DNA of 64,000 nt from Eutreptiella sp. 'Long Island Sound 2002' (taxonomy: Eukaryota > Protista > Euglenida), in contig OZ038378.1 of assembly GCA_964036045.1 (NCBI GenBank), positions 128,464,001 through 128,528,000 on the forward strand. The letters run 5' to 3'. Made by a program: the position numbers and the translations under genes. The notes under the pieces are model-generated. The model was not told where the DNA came from, made no database searches, and was given only the letters and a program-made list of their open reading frames with translations. Below, piece by piece: positions 51,831-64,000 of this stretch (position 1 is its first letter; every line of letters starts with the position of its first letter).

Positions 51831-54800
51831 GTGGTGATGTCCGTCACTTTGTACACCATGTTCCACATTCTCGCTGGCCATGTAGACATGGTTCCAGTGC
51901 CGCGGGGATATCTCACATCTCACAGACCATGTTACGCATCTCACAGACCATGTTTCATGTCACCGCTACCCATGTTGACTTCATTTTTAGTTTTCCACAC
52001 CTTGTACACCATGTTGCAAATCACCGGTAGCCATGTACAAAGTATTTTAGGCAATGTGGTGATATCCCACACCTTGTAGACCATGCTACATATCACCCCT
52101 CCCCATGCATACATGGTTTCAAGGGCTGAGGTGATATCCTACGCTCCATAGACCATGTTGCATATCACCTCTGCCCATGTAGACTTCATTTCGGGGGCTG
52201 CGGTGATACCTCACACCTGCTGCATAGTTTTACATGTTACCACTGGGCATGGGGAGTTGATTTCAAGGGCGGCAGTCATATCCTACGCCTCGCAGACCAT
52301 ATCAGATATCACTACCACCCTTGTAGACATGATCCCAGGGGCCGCGGTGTTATTGCATACGTCCTACGCCGCGTTACTTATCGCTGTTGGCCCTGTTTTT
52401 TTCATTACGGGGGTAGCTGTGATATCCCACGCCTCTTCACCATTTTACATAACACCGTTGGCCATGTAGACTTCTATTGTGGGGCTGCGGTGATGTTCCA
52501 CACCTTCTGCACCGTGTTACAACTCACTGCTGGCCATGTAGACTTGGTTTGAGGGGCTGCAGTGACGTCCCACACCTTGTACACCATGTTACATACCACC
52601 GCCGGCCATGTTGACATGGTTTGAAGGGCCGTAGTCATATCCTACTCTCCAAAGTCCACGTTGCGTAGCACCGCTGCCCATGTAGTCATACTTCGAGCGG
52701 TTGCGGTGCTATCCTACACCTCCTCCACAATGTTACATATCACCGCTGGCCGTGGGGATTTGATTTCAAGGGCTGTGGTGATATCCTATACGTGATACAG
52801 GATGTTACATAACACCGTTGCCCATGTAGACTTGATTTCCGGGGCTGAGGTGATGTCCCACCCCTCCAACACTATGTTACATATAACTGTTGGCCACGTA
52901 TAAATTTTTTTTAGGTGTGTGGTGACATCCCACACCTTGTACACCATGTAGACTTCATTTCATGGGCCGCAGGGATATCACAAACCTCACAGACCGTGTT
53001 CATATCACCGCTGCCCACGTGGACTTGATTTTTGATGCCGCACATCTTCAATACCATGTTACCTATCACATCTGGCCATGTAGGAATCCCTTCCGCAGCT
53101 GCGGTTATATCCGATACATTGTAGACCATGTTGCATGTCACCGCTGCCCATGAAGAGACCGTTTCAGGGGGTATGGTGATATACCATACCTCCTACACTG
53201 TGTTGCATATCACCGCTGGCTTGAGTTCTCAGATGCTACACCCTGTACACCATGGTACATATCAGTGATGGGCATGTTGCCTTGATTTCCGATGTTCCAC
53301 ACCATACACACCATGTTACAGATCACTGTTGGCCACGTTGACTCGAAATCGGATGTCCCACACCTTGTACACCGTGTTACATATAACCGCCGGCCATGGA
53401 GACGTGGTTTCAGGGGCTGCTGCTATCCCATACATTGTAGACCATGTTACATATCACTGCTGTCCATGGAGACAGGGTTTCAATTGTTGCTGTGATATCC
53501 TACACTCCACAGACCGTTACATATCACTTTTTCCCATGTAGAGTTCATCTCACGGACTGTGCTGATGTCCCAAACCTCTTGCCCAGTGCTACGTATCAGC
53601 GCCTGCCATGGGGACTTGATTTCAAGGGCTAGAGGGACATCTTGCACCTCAGAGACATATTACATGTACATGTAGACATGGTTTCAAAGGCCGTAGCGAT
53701 ATTCTACACTTCACGGTGTAGGTGACATATCACTTCTGCCCATGTATATTTCTTTTTAGGGTTTGCGGTGCTATCCCACACCTCACCCGCAATGTAACAT
53801 ATCACCGCTGGCCATGGGGACTTGGATTTCAAGGGCCGCGGTGCTATCCTAGACCTAACAGACAATGTTACATCTCACCGTTGCCCATGTAGACTTGATT
53901 TCGCGGGCTCAGGTGATGTCTCACCTCTCCAACACTATGTTACATATCACCGGGGGGCATGTAGACATCATTTTAGGGGCGCCTTGATATCCCACACCTT
54001 GTACACCACGTAGACTTCATTTCCGGAGGCGCTGTGATATCCCATACCTCATAGACCATGTTAATATCACTGGTGCCATTGTTGACTTGATTTTTTATTT
54101 CCCACACGTTCTACACCATGTTCCATGTCACCGCGGGCCATGTAGAAATCATTTCAACGGCAGCGGTGATGTCCCATACATTGCAGGCAATGTTACACCT
54201 CACTTCTGCCCATAGAGACATGGTTTCAGGGGCTGTGGTGATTTTCCTCACCTAATAGACCATTTTACAATTCGCCGCTGCCCATGGAGACATACTTTCA
54301 AGGAGTGAGGTGATATGTCACACTCCACAGACCAATGAACATGTCATGCCTGCCCATGTACAATTCATTTCTTAGACAGCGGCGATATCCCACACCTTGT
54401 GCACAATGTTACATATCAACGCCTGACATAGGAACCCGACTTCAATGGCCGCGCTGATGTGCTACACTTCTTAGACCATGTTACATATCATTGCTGCCCA
54501 TGGAGACATGCTTTCAAGGGCCGCGGTGATATCCCGTACCTCCTACACTATGTTACATATCACCGCTGGCCATGTTGACTTGATTTGTGATGTCCCACAC
54601 CATGTACACCATGTTACATATCACCGGTTGCCACGTTGACTTGACTTCTGATGTCCCACCCCTTGTTCAACATGTTTCATATCACCGATGGCCATGTTGA
54701 CTTGTTTTCCGATGTCCAACCCCCTGTACACCATGTTACATGTGACCCGTGGCCATGTAGGAATCCTTTCAGGGGCTATGGTGACGTCCAACACCTTGTA

Positions 54801-56665
54801 GAGCATGCTACCTATCCCCGCTCTCCATGTGTACAAGGTTTCAAGGGTTGCGGTGATATCCGACACTCCACAGACCATGTTACTCAGTACTGCTCCCCAT
54901 GTCGACTTTCTTCCACGGACTGCGGTGATATCCCACATCCCGTGCACAATGTTACACATCAGCGCTTGCCATGGGGACTAGATTTCAAGGGCTGCGGTGA
55001 TATCCTATACCTCACAGACCATGTTACATGTCACTCCCACCGTTTTCAGGGGTCGTTGTGATATTCCATACCTCCTACACCGTGTTACATCTCACTGCTG
55101 GCCATGTTGACTCCACTTCTGTGCCAGAAGTGATCCCACGTTTGCTGCACCATGTTGCATATCACCGCTTGCCATGTAGACTCAGGGGCCGTGGTGATGT
55201 CCCATGCCATCTCTACCGTGTTACATATCACCGCCGGCCTTGGAGACATGGTTTGAGAGGCTTCGGTAATATACCACACCTTGTACACCAAGTTACATAT
55301 CACCACTACCCATGTAGACATGGTTTCCAAGGCCGTAGTGATATCCTACACTCCGCAGTGTAGGTGACATATCACTGCTGCCCATGTATACTTTTTTTGA
55401 GGGCTTGCGGTGCTATCCCACACCTCCCCCGCAATGTAACATATCACCGCTGGCCATGGGGACTTGATTTCAAGGGCCGCGGTGCTATCCTAGACCTAAC
55501 AGACGATGTTACATCTCACCGTTGCCCATGTAGACTTGATTTCGCGGGCTCAGGTGATGTCCCACCTCTCCAACACTATGTTACATATCACCGGCGGGCA
55601 TGTAGACATCATTTTAGGGGTGCCTTGATATCCCACACCTTGTACACCACGTAGACTTCATTTCAGGCGGCGCTGTGATATCCCATACCTCACACACCAT
55701 GTTAATATCACTGGTGCCATTGTTGACGTGATTTTTTATTTCCCGCACGTTGTACACCATGTTCCATATCACCGCTGGCCATGTAGAAATCATTTCAAGG
55801 GCTGCGCTGATGTCCCATACATTGTAGACCATGTTACATATCACTGCTGCCCATGGAGACATGGTCTCAGGGGCTCTGGTGATGTTTCAGACCTTGTAGA
55901 CCATGTTACATATCACCGCTGCCAATCTGGACATGGTTTCAAGGGGTGCGGTGATATCCTGCACTGCACAGACCATGTTACACATCACCACTGCCCATGT
56001 ATACTTGATTTCACAAATTGTGGTGATATACCACAAATGCTGCGCAATTTTATTTATAACCTCTTGCTGTGGGGACTTAATTTCAAGGGCCGCAGAAATA
56101 TCCTACACATCATAGACGATGTTACATATCACTGCTGCCCATGTAGACATGGTTCCATGGGCCGCGGTTTACCTCCTACACTGTGTTACATATCACCGCT
56201 TGCCATGTTGACTTGAGTTCTGCTATACCACACCTTGTACACCATGTTACACATCACCGATGGCCATGTTTGACTTGAGTTCTGATGTCCCACCGTCTGT
56301 ACACCATGTTACACATCCCCGATGGCCATGTTGACTTACTTTTTGATGTCCCACACCTTGTACACCATGTTACATATGACCGGCGGCAACGTAGAAATAA
56401 GTTCATGGGCTCCGGTGATATCCCACACCTTGAAGTCCATGCTACGTATCACCGCCTCCTAGGTATATAGGGTTTCAAGGGTTGCGGTGATATCCTACAC
56501 TCCATAGACCATGTTACATATCACCTCTGCCCATTTAGATTTCGTTGCACGGACTGCGACGATATCCCACACCTCCTGCACAATGTTATACATCACCGCT
56601 TGCCACGGGGATTCGATTTCAAGGGCCGGGGTGATATTCTACACCTCACAGACCATGTTACATGT
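51831..56665 (+). repeat. Satellite of ~70 diverged units (72 bp, with 61-bp and ~50-bp variants), each with an internal inverted repeat; higher-order structure
   Basis: Consensus approx. gcggtgatatcccacaccttgtacaccatgttacatatcaccgctggccatgtagacttgatttcaagggcc. 61-bp period measured at 54588/54649/54710. Block 53680-54160 recurs at 55320-55800. Confidence 0.93.
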
Positions 56666-57681
56666 CACTGCTGCTAGTTTCAGGGTCCGCCGTGCAACCC
56701 TCCTCAGTACCCCTCTTTTCCGCATACCAACGGTTACCTCCCAGTTTTCCTGTTTTTCCATGCGAATACCGAATACTGTTTCGTTTTCTCTCTTGTGTTA
56801 TATGCAGGTTTGGTTTTATGGTCCTATTCCCATGTGCTGTCATATGCAGAAACCTTCTCATCCTGTCAACCCGTTTGTTATCTTTTTCGCTACGTAAATG
56901 GGCCCTCTTCCGCCATTTTAGCCACATGAGGGTACACTGTACCTATCAAAACGGCTCTCTCTCTCTCTCTCTCTCTCTCCCTCTGTCTCGCATGGATGGG
57001 CCCTTTGTGTCTTTGACCATCTTTGAGCCCACCTCACAAATTACCTTTCCCGTCACCTCCATGAAGCACCGACGAGGGCAATGGCCCCCCAGGTTTCGTA
57101 ACAAATATGGATGGCGATGCGGAGTCTCTAGGCGGATTGGAAGAAGACTATCAGCTCCTCACACGGAAGTACGAGATGCCGGAAGTGGACTTGTAGCATG
57201 CACACTAGGAAGACATGCACCTTCAAATAGGGGGAGAATTTTTTCCGGCGGGGGGGGGAGCTGCGGGCGATGGGCTCAGGCCCCGGGCTAGCTTGTCACC
57301 GGCTAAGAGTGCCCACACCCTGTGTCTCCACCACACGGATTGTGAAACCGAACACCGACCAAGTAAGTCACGTTCGACGTGGGCGTGGGGCGAATTTTGC
57401 CAGCCCCAATCCCCAAAGCTAGGTACTCGCAGAGCCGTGGATACCCCGTCAGCAAACTCAAATCGGGGATGAAACCCATCAGGCTCCCGCCCACGAGGAC
57501 GTTGCACGGCATGCTAGTGTCTCCCCATCGCCATCAGCCTCCAAGGGTGTGCAGCCATGAAGGTGAACAATTACGAGTCTACATACTGCTACCCATGATA
57601 CATGCCAGAAACCTCAATTTGGTTCAGGCCAGAACGACATCGTTTGGCCCTTCTAGCCTGCACTAGATCCATACTACCCTA

Positions 57682-59121
57682 GGTACACGCTAGAAGACCA
57701 GGTTCCTTTATAGCGTACATGGCGGTAGAAGGCTAGAACGAAAAAAGGTGGTGGTTACCCCGAGCCATGGGCATAGGGGGTCAGGGGTATGAAGGGTGCA
57801 ACTCGGACCCTTGGTACCGTAGTAGGGGGTCCATACCTTATTTTTCAGAACAACACATACTTGACCTAAAATTCAACGACAAAAAGAACCGTTCTAGCCA
57901 CAGCTCTAGCGTTGGTCTAGCGAGCGCGGCTGCAAGGTCGCTCCATCTTCTAGCCTAGAACAAACCTAGAACAAAAACATCCACGCAAGTTAGAAAAGGT
58001 CGGGCTACCGGGGGGGATTATATACATACACATATAACCATCAACACAGTTCACGCATGCATAGGCATATGTGGTCCCACACACACGCACACACACACAG
58101 TTTGGCATAGGCATATGCACAACAAGACACAGAACATAATATGTCAAGGGTCGGGAGGGGGGGTTCGGGGCGGAACACAAACACTGCGCAAACACCCTTT
58201 GACTTGTGAACTATAACCCCCCCCCTACCTCCATGTTGCGATGTGCGTGCTGGGGCTAAGCTGCTTGTTGGGCCTAAGGTGAGGGAGGGTATCTGTTTCC
58301 TTTTTGCATGTCTGGCTTTTGTGCATTTGAAAAGTGGCTGCGCCGTGGACACATTGACAAACCGCCAGTTTGGTATGTTGCTCCTTCCCTCCTCCCAACT
58401 GTGTGTGCTAGTGGTGTTTGTTGCACAGCCTCCCCGTCCCGAGCTGTGTTGTGTGGGGTTGTGGGGTTCGAGGCTGTGGTGTGCTTTGTCATCCCCTCCT
58501 CCGAGGTTATGGAACTCCCCCACAGTCCCAAGGGGAGGGGGGGTGGCAAGGGAGGAGGGATGGTGGGGACGGGTCACCTGTAAAACACCACAAACACACA
58601 CAAGTGGGAGGACGGAAGGAGTAACACACCAACCAGTCAATGTGTGTCCACGGCGCAGCCACTCTTCAAATGCACCTCCAAAAAAAAGCCACACGTGCAA
58701 AAAGGAAAGAAATACCCTCCCTAACCTTAGGCCCAACAGGCAAGTTAGCCCTGGCACCTGCACCGTGATAGCCCAACCCTCAGGGGGTGTTTGTGCGGTG
58801 TTTGTGTGTGACCACTTACCCCCTTCCCCACCCTCGACATATTGTGCTATGTGTTGTGGTGTGCATATGCCTATGCAAAACTGTGTGTGTGCGGGGGGGG
58901 GGGGGGGGGGCACATATGCGTATGCATGCATCAAGTGTGTCAGCTGCTATGAGTGTATGTGCCATGCACCCCCCAGGCCACTGTGATACTTTTTTTTTGT
59001 GTTCTACCTATTCTACCAGTTCAAGCTAGAAGAATTTGAGTTCTAGACTGGACTTTTCTAGACTAGAACGTTGGGCTAGAAGTTCGAGGCTAGAACGAAA
59101 TTTGGTTCTCTAGTGTGTACC
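57682..59121. mobile_element. Foldback element, copy 2
   Basis: Homologue of 46431-47893 with the same termini. Confidence 0.8.
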
Positions 59122-59349
59122 AAGCAAGAAAAGCGGAACCAAGAGGTGCCATTCTGTTGGTTTCCCCAGCGCGCATGCTTGCTATTGCCTATATGTTAGT
59201 TGTTGCATGACCCATGTGTGACGCCTATATTTTCGATACTCGATGGGGGTTGTGCCCTCGCTCACAAAAACAGGTGGTATGTGGTGCGCCGGATGTGCCA
59301 TCTTGACCTCCAAGGCCTCCCGTGCGCGACAAGCCGAAGCCCGAAAACA

Positions 59350-61020
59350 ACCATGCACGAGGACATGAATGTGAAATTACACAAAAACCCACCCCAAGCA
59401 TTGTTCCAGTACTGCACTCTCCTTGTTCGCCGCCGATTGTTGCCGCAAGCTGCCCACTGCCAGCCCGTGATCCACAAACGACCCACCACCTCGTGCACTA
59501 TGCTCGTTGTGTGCCTGTTCCCAAACCGATTGAGTGTTTCCTGCACCTCCCCCGAGAACATTGCTAACCCCCATGGACGAATACCCTGCAACACCCAGTC
59601 ACAATCCCATTCCAAAAAAGCCATGTCGTTTGACGCTGTGCCGGGGCAAAATTGCACGCGATACTCTTGGGCAACGGCGTGACACACAAGGTTCCCCTCT
59701 TGAGTTGTGCTATACAAATCCCGCAATAGCAACCCCATGGCCACGACCGCCCCAGACTTCCGAGCTGTGGAGGGGATGCGGAGCCGGCGCCCTAGCGCGG
59801 GTCATGCATGGAACAAAGCCCTCCACTCCTCCCCGTCCGGACTCCGAGAGTGCAAGATGGAGCCTCCCGTTTCATGGTCCGCCAAGTCGCCCTCTAGGTG
59901 GATGTTCTCCGCAGCGGATAATCCCTTTGGCTGCTTCGTAATGAATTCCTGATGCAGGCGACCGATCGCCATAGTGCAATGCAAAATGCATGGGATCACC
60001 CAACGCCGGGGCATCACAAGGAGCGGGGTCACACTACAACCCGCACACTGCAACTACTTGCCACCAACCAAGAAGCATGTGTGGTCTGCCTGATCCCGGT
60101 CTGGTGCACCTCCAACCACTCCACGTCATGTAGGAGGTCCCACATGTTCGCGACAGCCCTGTGCTTGGCCGACCCTTGCCTAATTTCAACGCACATAGCA
60201 ATATCCGGCCACACCTCTTACAAATTGGCTGTTGCTTGCCCATCTAGGGACCCCACCCCGTATACACTACACCCCGCCCTCCTAACGGAAGGGAAGACCT
60301 CTAGGTCCTCACGGACCAAAGGGGAAAAACCCCTAACCTCCCGGTCCACAAATTCCCCGAGCCAGCGGGCGATTGCCATGGTCAAGTGCAAAATGCACAA
60401 GACAAAGCAGGCACATGGCAGGTGCAAGATAGGTTGCATATTGCATGCGGCAGCTGGGAAGGAAGGCGTCCCAAGAAGGAAGGCCCTGTAATGAGCCGCA
60501 TCGCCCTGCCTGGTCTGGGGGATATCCATGCCCTTCAAAAGCCTCTTTTGGGAGTTCCATATCCCTTCATTGATCCCGGCGCCCACTTGAGCGCATGCAG
60601 ACACCCCTATCACCCTCCTTGTCCATGAATGGTCCCCCCGGATGATCACCTTCGCCTCCGCCTGGGGGGCCGAGCATGGGGCTACGTCGGTGCCAGTGAT
60701 GTCTTGAATCACCTAAACAATTGTCATTGGGGTCGGCTAGTTTGGTTCTAGTCTACGCCACATGTCTTGGAGCGAACTAGAGCAGGTGATGAGCACTAGG
60801 TGAAATGAGGACCTTCCAATGCTCATTCCACAAAGTCCCAAGGGTGTTCATGGTGTTGTTTCCACGGTTCCCCAATTTCAACACCTAGAGGCCCGCGGGG
60901 AAGCGGGCCAAATTGGCCAAAGAGATGGTTGGTTGGGTCCAATTGGCCGTGGCAAATTGGCAGGCATGCCCCTGGACGATGAACGCGAACAGAAACGAGC
61001 GAGCAATTAACCTCACCAAA
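59350..61020 (-). pseudogene. Transib/Chapaev-like transposase relic, copy 2
   Basis: Same motifs. The D1 site reads CAT (60966-60968), D2 GAC is at 60632-60634 and E at 59538-59540. Shares stops with copy 1 (e.g. ANL*, AGL*). Confidence 0.7.
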
Positions 61021-61669
61021 CCCAACCGGGGGAAGATGTACTCGACCCATGACGCTAAGGGGCATGAGATCCCCGTGAACCTTGGGGAACACGGTGGCTA
61101 AATGGTCACCCAATTCAATTGGGCGCATGAACTCCTTCCACCAAGCTTGGAATCCCCGCTTGGTGCAAACGGGCCGGGGGCAGTGGCCAGCCAGCCTGGT
61201 GCGGTGGTACTCTCACTTGCGGCGCGTACAAACCTGTAAGTGGGTTCTCCACGAAGAACTAGGGGCATGCAAGTTGAGCACTAGGTCACACAGGGACCGT
61301 GAGGGCTAGTAAGGAGGTGGCCTATGCCTCAACACCGGCCTTGCATGTGTCAAATGTAGTGTGGGTGCAACGGGCGACGTTGATGTGTTTGACGTCATGG
61401 TTGAAGTGTTGCAGTGCTAAGGGGCAAGATAGTGCCCATGTGGCTAAGTAGTGGCCTACCTCGTCATCCTTGAGGCTTGTAGCCCCACTCAAGTCCCATA
61501 GTGCCATGGACAATAGGGAGGGATCCTCACTGGTTGAGGATGGTGCAAAACGGGTGGTGATAGGAGGTTTGATTTGAATGAATCAGCCAACAGGCGTTGC
61601 AGGCCATCCTACAGGTTTGTTCTAAGCGTTCTACTACACTGTTCTAATTACGTTTTAACGACACCGCTC

Positions 61670-62660
61670 GAAGTAAGGCTACATGGGCAGCGCTGATACG
61701 CAACGTGGACTTTGGAGAGTAGGATATGACTACGGCCTTGAAACCTGTCCACATGGCCAGCGGTGATATGTAACATGGTGTACAAGGTGTGGAACGTCAT
61801 TGCAGCCCCTGAAATCAAGTCTACATGGCCAGCAGTGAGTTGTAACACGGTGCACAAGGTGTGGGACATCACCGCAACCGCACAATAGAAGTCTACACGG
61901 CCAACGGTGATATGTAACACGGTGATGAGGCGTGGGGTATCACCGCTACCCCCGTAATGAAATAAACAGGGTTTTCACGCTCTTCAAGCGATCTACAAAA
62001 CTTGACCCGTTGGAATGGGTTCCCACACCACAGGTGATCCCTTTTTGAGGGAGAGACCAGGGTTGCAGGACATGCTTGGAGGTTGCATGCATGGTTGACA
62101 CATTTCTACATTCGGTTTGCATCGGCGTAGGACGTATGGAATAACACCGCGGCCCCGGGATCATGTCTACAAGGTTGGTAGTGATATCTGATATGGTCTG
62201 CGAGGCGTAGGATATGACTGCCGCCCTTGAAATCAACCCCCCATGCCCAGTGGTAACCTGTAAAACTATGCAGCAGGTGTGGGGTATTACCGCAGCCCCC
62301 GAAATGAAGTCTACATGGGCAGCGGTGATATGTAACATGGTCTATGGAGTGTAGGATATCACCTCAGCCCTTGATACCATGTCGGCATGGGGAGGGGTGA
62401 TATGTAGCATGGTCTACAAGGTGTGGGATATCACGACAGTGCCTAAAATACTTTGTACATGGCTACCGGTGATTTGTAACATGGTGTACAAGGTGTGGAA
62501 AACTAAAAATGAAGTCAACATGGGTAGCGGTGACATGAAACATGGTCTGTGAGATGCGTAACATGGTCTGTGAGATGTGAGATATCCCCGCGGCACTGGA
62601 ACCATGTCTACATGGCCAGCGGTAATGTGGAACATGGTGTACAAAGTGACGGATATCACC
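61670..62660 (-). repeat. Same satellite, inverted block in copy 2
   Basis: Reverse complement of 51831-52700. Confidence 0.9.
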
Positions 62661-63165
62661 ACACCACGAAGATGCCCGTACCCATCGAAACGTGCTAGAA
62701 ACCCAATGGCAGCCTAACGGTTTTGTTCTAACATTCCAAGTAGAACAGTTAGAACACTCCGATTGTCCGCGTGTGTACCCCTGGGGGTGTTCCCCCCCCC
62801 CTTTTTTTTGGGGGGGGGTTGAGGGCCAAACATAGTTGCTACGACCTTTAGCAACACTTTGTTCGCAAAAATCAAACTTTCTCACTTTTTCGGTAGAAAC
62901 CTCTTTTGGTTCTAATTGTGTTCTAGTGCTTTCTGGAGCGACGCCGTTAGAACCTCAATACAACAGTTTCATTAGAGCATGATTGGAACACATTTGGCGA
63001 AGGCACAGGGCACAAAGCATCTAGTATTTTTTTCAATGCAGTCACATGAGCTGCCACTTGTTCACGGAAAAGCCCTGCGTACTCGGGGGCCCAACGGGCG
63101 CCCGGAGGCTACCCCCACTCCCTTGCCTCTGCCCCTGCCCTGCCCCCTGCCCCCGTCCTAGTCCT

Positions 63166-64000
63166 TACACCTCCTCCACAATGTTACATATCACCGCTTG
63201 CCGTGGGGATTTGATTTCAATGGCTGTGGTGATATCCTATACCTGATACAGGATGTTACAAATTACCGTTGCCCATGTAGACTTGATTTCCAGGGCTGAG
63301 GTGATGTCCCACCCCTCCAACACTATGTTACATATAACTGTTGGCCACGTATAAATTTTTTTTAGGTCTGTGGTGACATCCCACACCTTGTACACCATGT
63401 AGACTTCATTTCATGGGCCGCAGGGATATCACACACCTCACAGACCGTGTTAATATCACCGCTGCCCACGTGGACTTGATTTTTGATGTCGCACATCTTC
63501 AATACCATGTTACCTATCACATCTGGCCATGTAGGAATCACTTCAGGGGCCGCGGTGATATCCCATGCATTGTAGACCATGTTACATGTCACCGCTGCCC
63601 ATGGAGAGACCGTTTCAGGGGGTATGGTGATTTACCATACCTCCTACATTGTGTTGCATATCACCGCTGGCTTGAGTTCTCAGATGCTACACCCTGTACA
63701 CCATGGTACATATCAGCGATGGGCATGTTGCCTTGATTTCGGATGTTCCACACCATGCGCACCATGTTACAGATCACCATTGGCCATGTTGACTCGAAAT
63801 CTGATGTCCCACACCTGGTACACCGTGTCACATATAACCGCCGGCCATGGAGACGTGGTTTCAGGGGCTCCAATTATCCCATACATTGTAGACCATGTTA
63901 CATATCACCTCTGTCCATGGAGACAAGGTTTGAATGGTTGCTGTGATATCCTACACTCCACAGACCGTTACATATCACTGTTGCCCATGTAGAGTTCATT
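63166..64000 (+). repeat. Same satellite, forward block in copy 2
   Basis: Colinear with 52716-53530. Confidence 0.9.

Larger units (their letters stand above)
45700..56954 (+). repeat. Tandem segmental duplication, copy 1 (~11.25 kb)
   Basis: cctctgtctcgcatggatgggcccttt recurs at ~45731 and ~56980. Colinear, roughly 90% identical by eye, for >4 kb and again in the satellite. Confidence 0.92.
56955..64000 (+). repeat. Tandem segmental duplication, copy 2 (rearranged, runs off the window)
   Basis: Homologous to 45700-53530. Segments 61237-61665 and 61666-63165 are inverted, and copy-1 ~50440-51327 is absent. Confidence 0.92.

Noticed and set aside
51831-56665. CRISPR-like array (hairpin repeat with variable intervals)
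   Set aside because: The whole unit, including loop and linker, is homologous between copies. There are no unique spacers and no cas genes.
51831-56665. 24-aa repeat protein (MLHITAGHVDL.., HVTYHRWPC.., MVYKVWDIT..)
   Set aside because: 61-bp and ~50-bp variants and frequent stops break every frame.
51831-56665. RSS heptamer-like CAC(A/C/T)(A/G)TG motifs near a RAG1-like relic, and a lambda operator-like TATCACCGC
   Set aside because: No ACAAAAACC nonamer at 12 or 23 bp and many units read GACCATG. The lambda match is a short coincidence in eukaryotic DNA.

Overview
Repeat-saturated eukaryotic DNA with no recognisable intact host gene, RNA gene or CRISPR array. The organism cannot be fixed from sequence alone; the style suggests a large, methylated genome, possibly a protist. 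(1) 1-8.7 kb: a decayed LINE relic, then TA microsatellites carrying two families of TA-targeting non-autonomous TIR elements, then a ~180-bp subrepeat array. (2) 8.8-23 kb: old, stop-riddled coding relics, including possible XPG/FEN1-like nuclease and Ulp1-like protease remnants. (3) 23.65-33.95 kb: a nested insertion. A young, GC-rich ~9.85-kb non-LTR retrotransposon (minus strand; APE, RT, RNase H, CCHC; (CAA)7 tail; 13-bp TSD) sits inside a 445-bp MITE with 14-bp perfect TIRs. Its RT motifs are unusually divergent (YSDK at the YxDD position). (4) 34-45 kb: more TIR elements, a second decayed LINE relative and minisatellites. (5) 45.7-64 kb: an ~11.25-kb tandem segmental duplication. Each copy has a ~1.45-kb foldback element, a dead Transib/Chapaev (RAG1-like) DDE transposase with an internal ~140-aa duplication, and a 72/61-bp hairpin satellite. 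Copy 2 carries a complex double inversion plus deletion. All calls come from manual reading and translation; no database searches were run.
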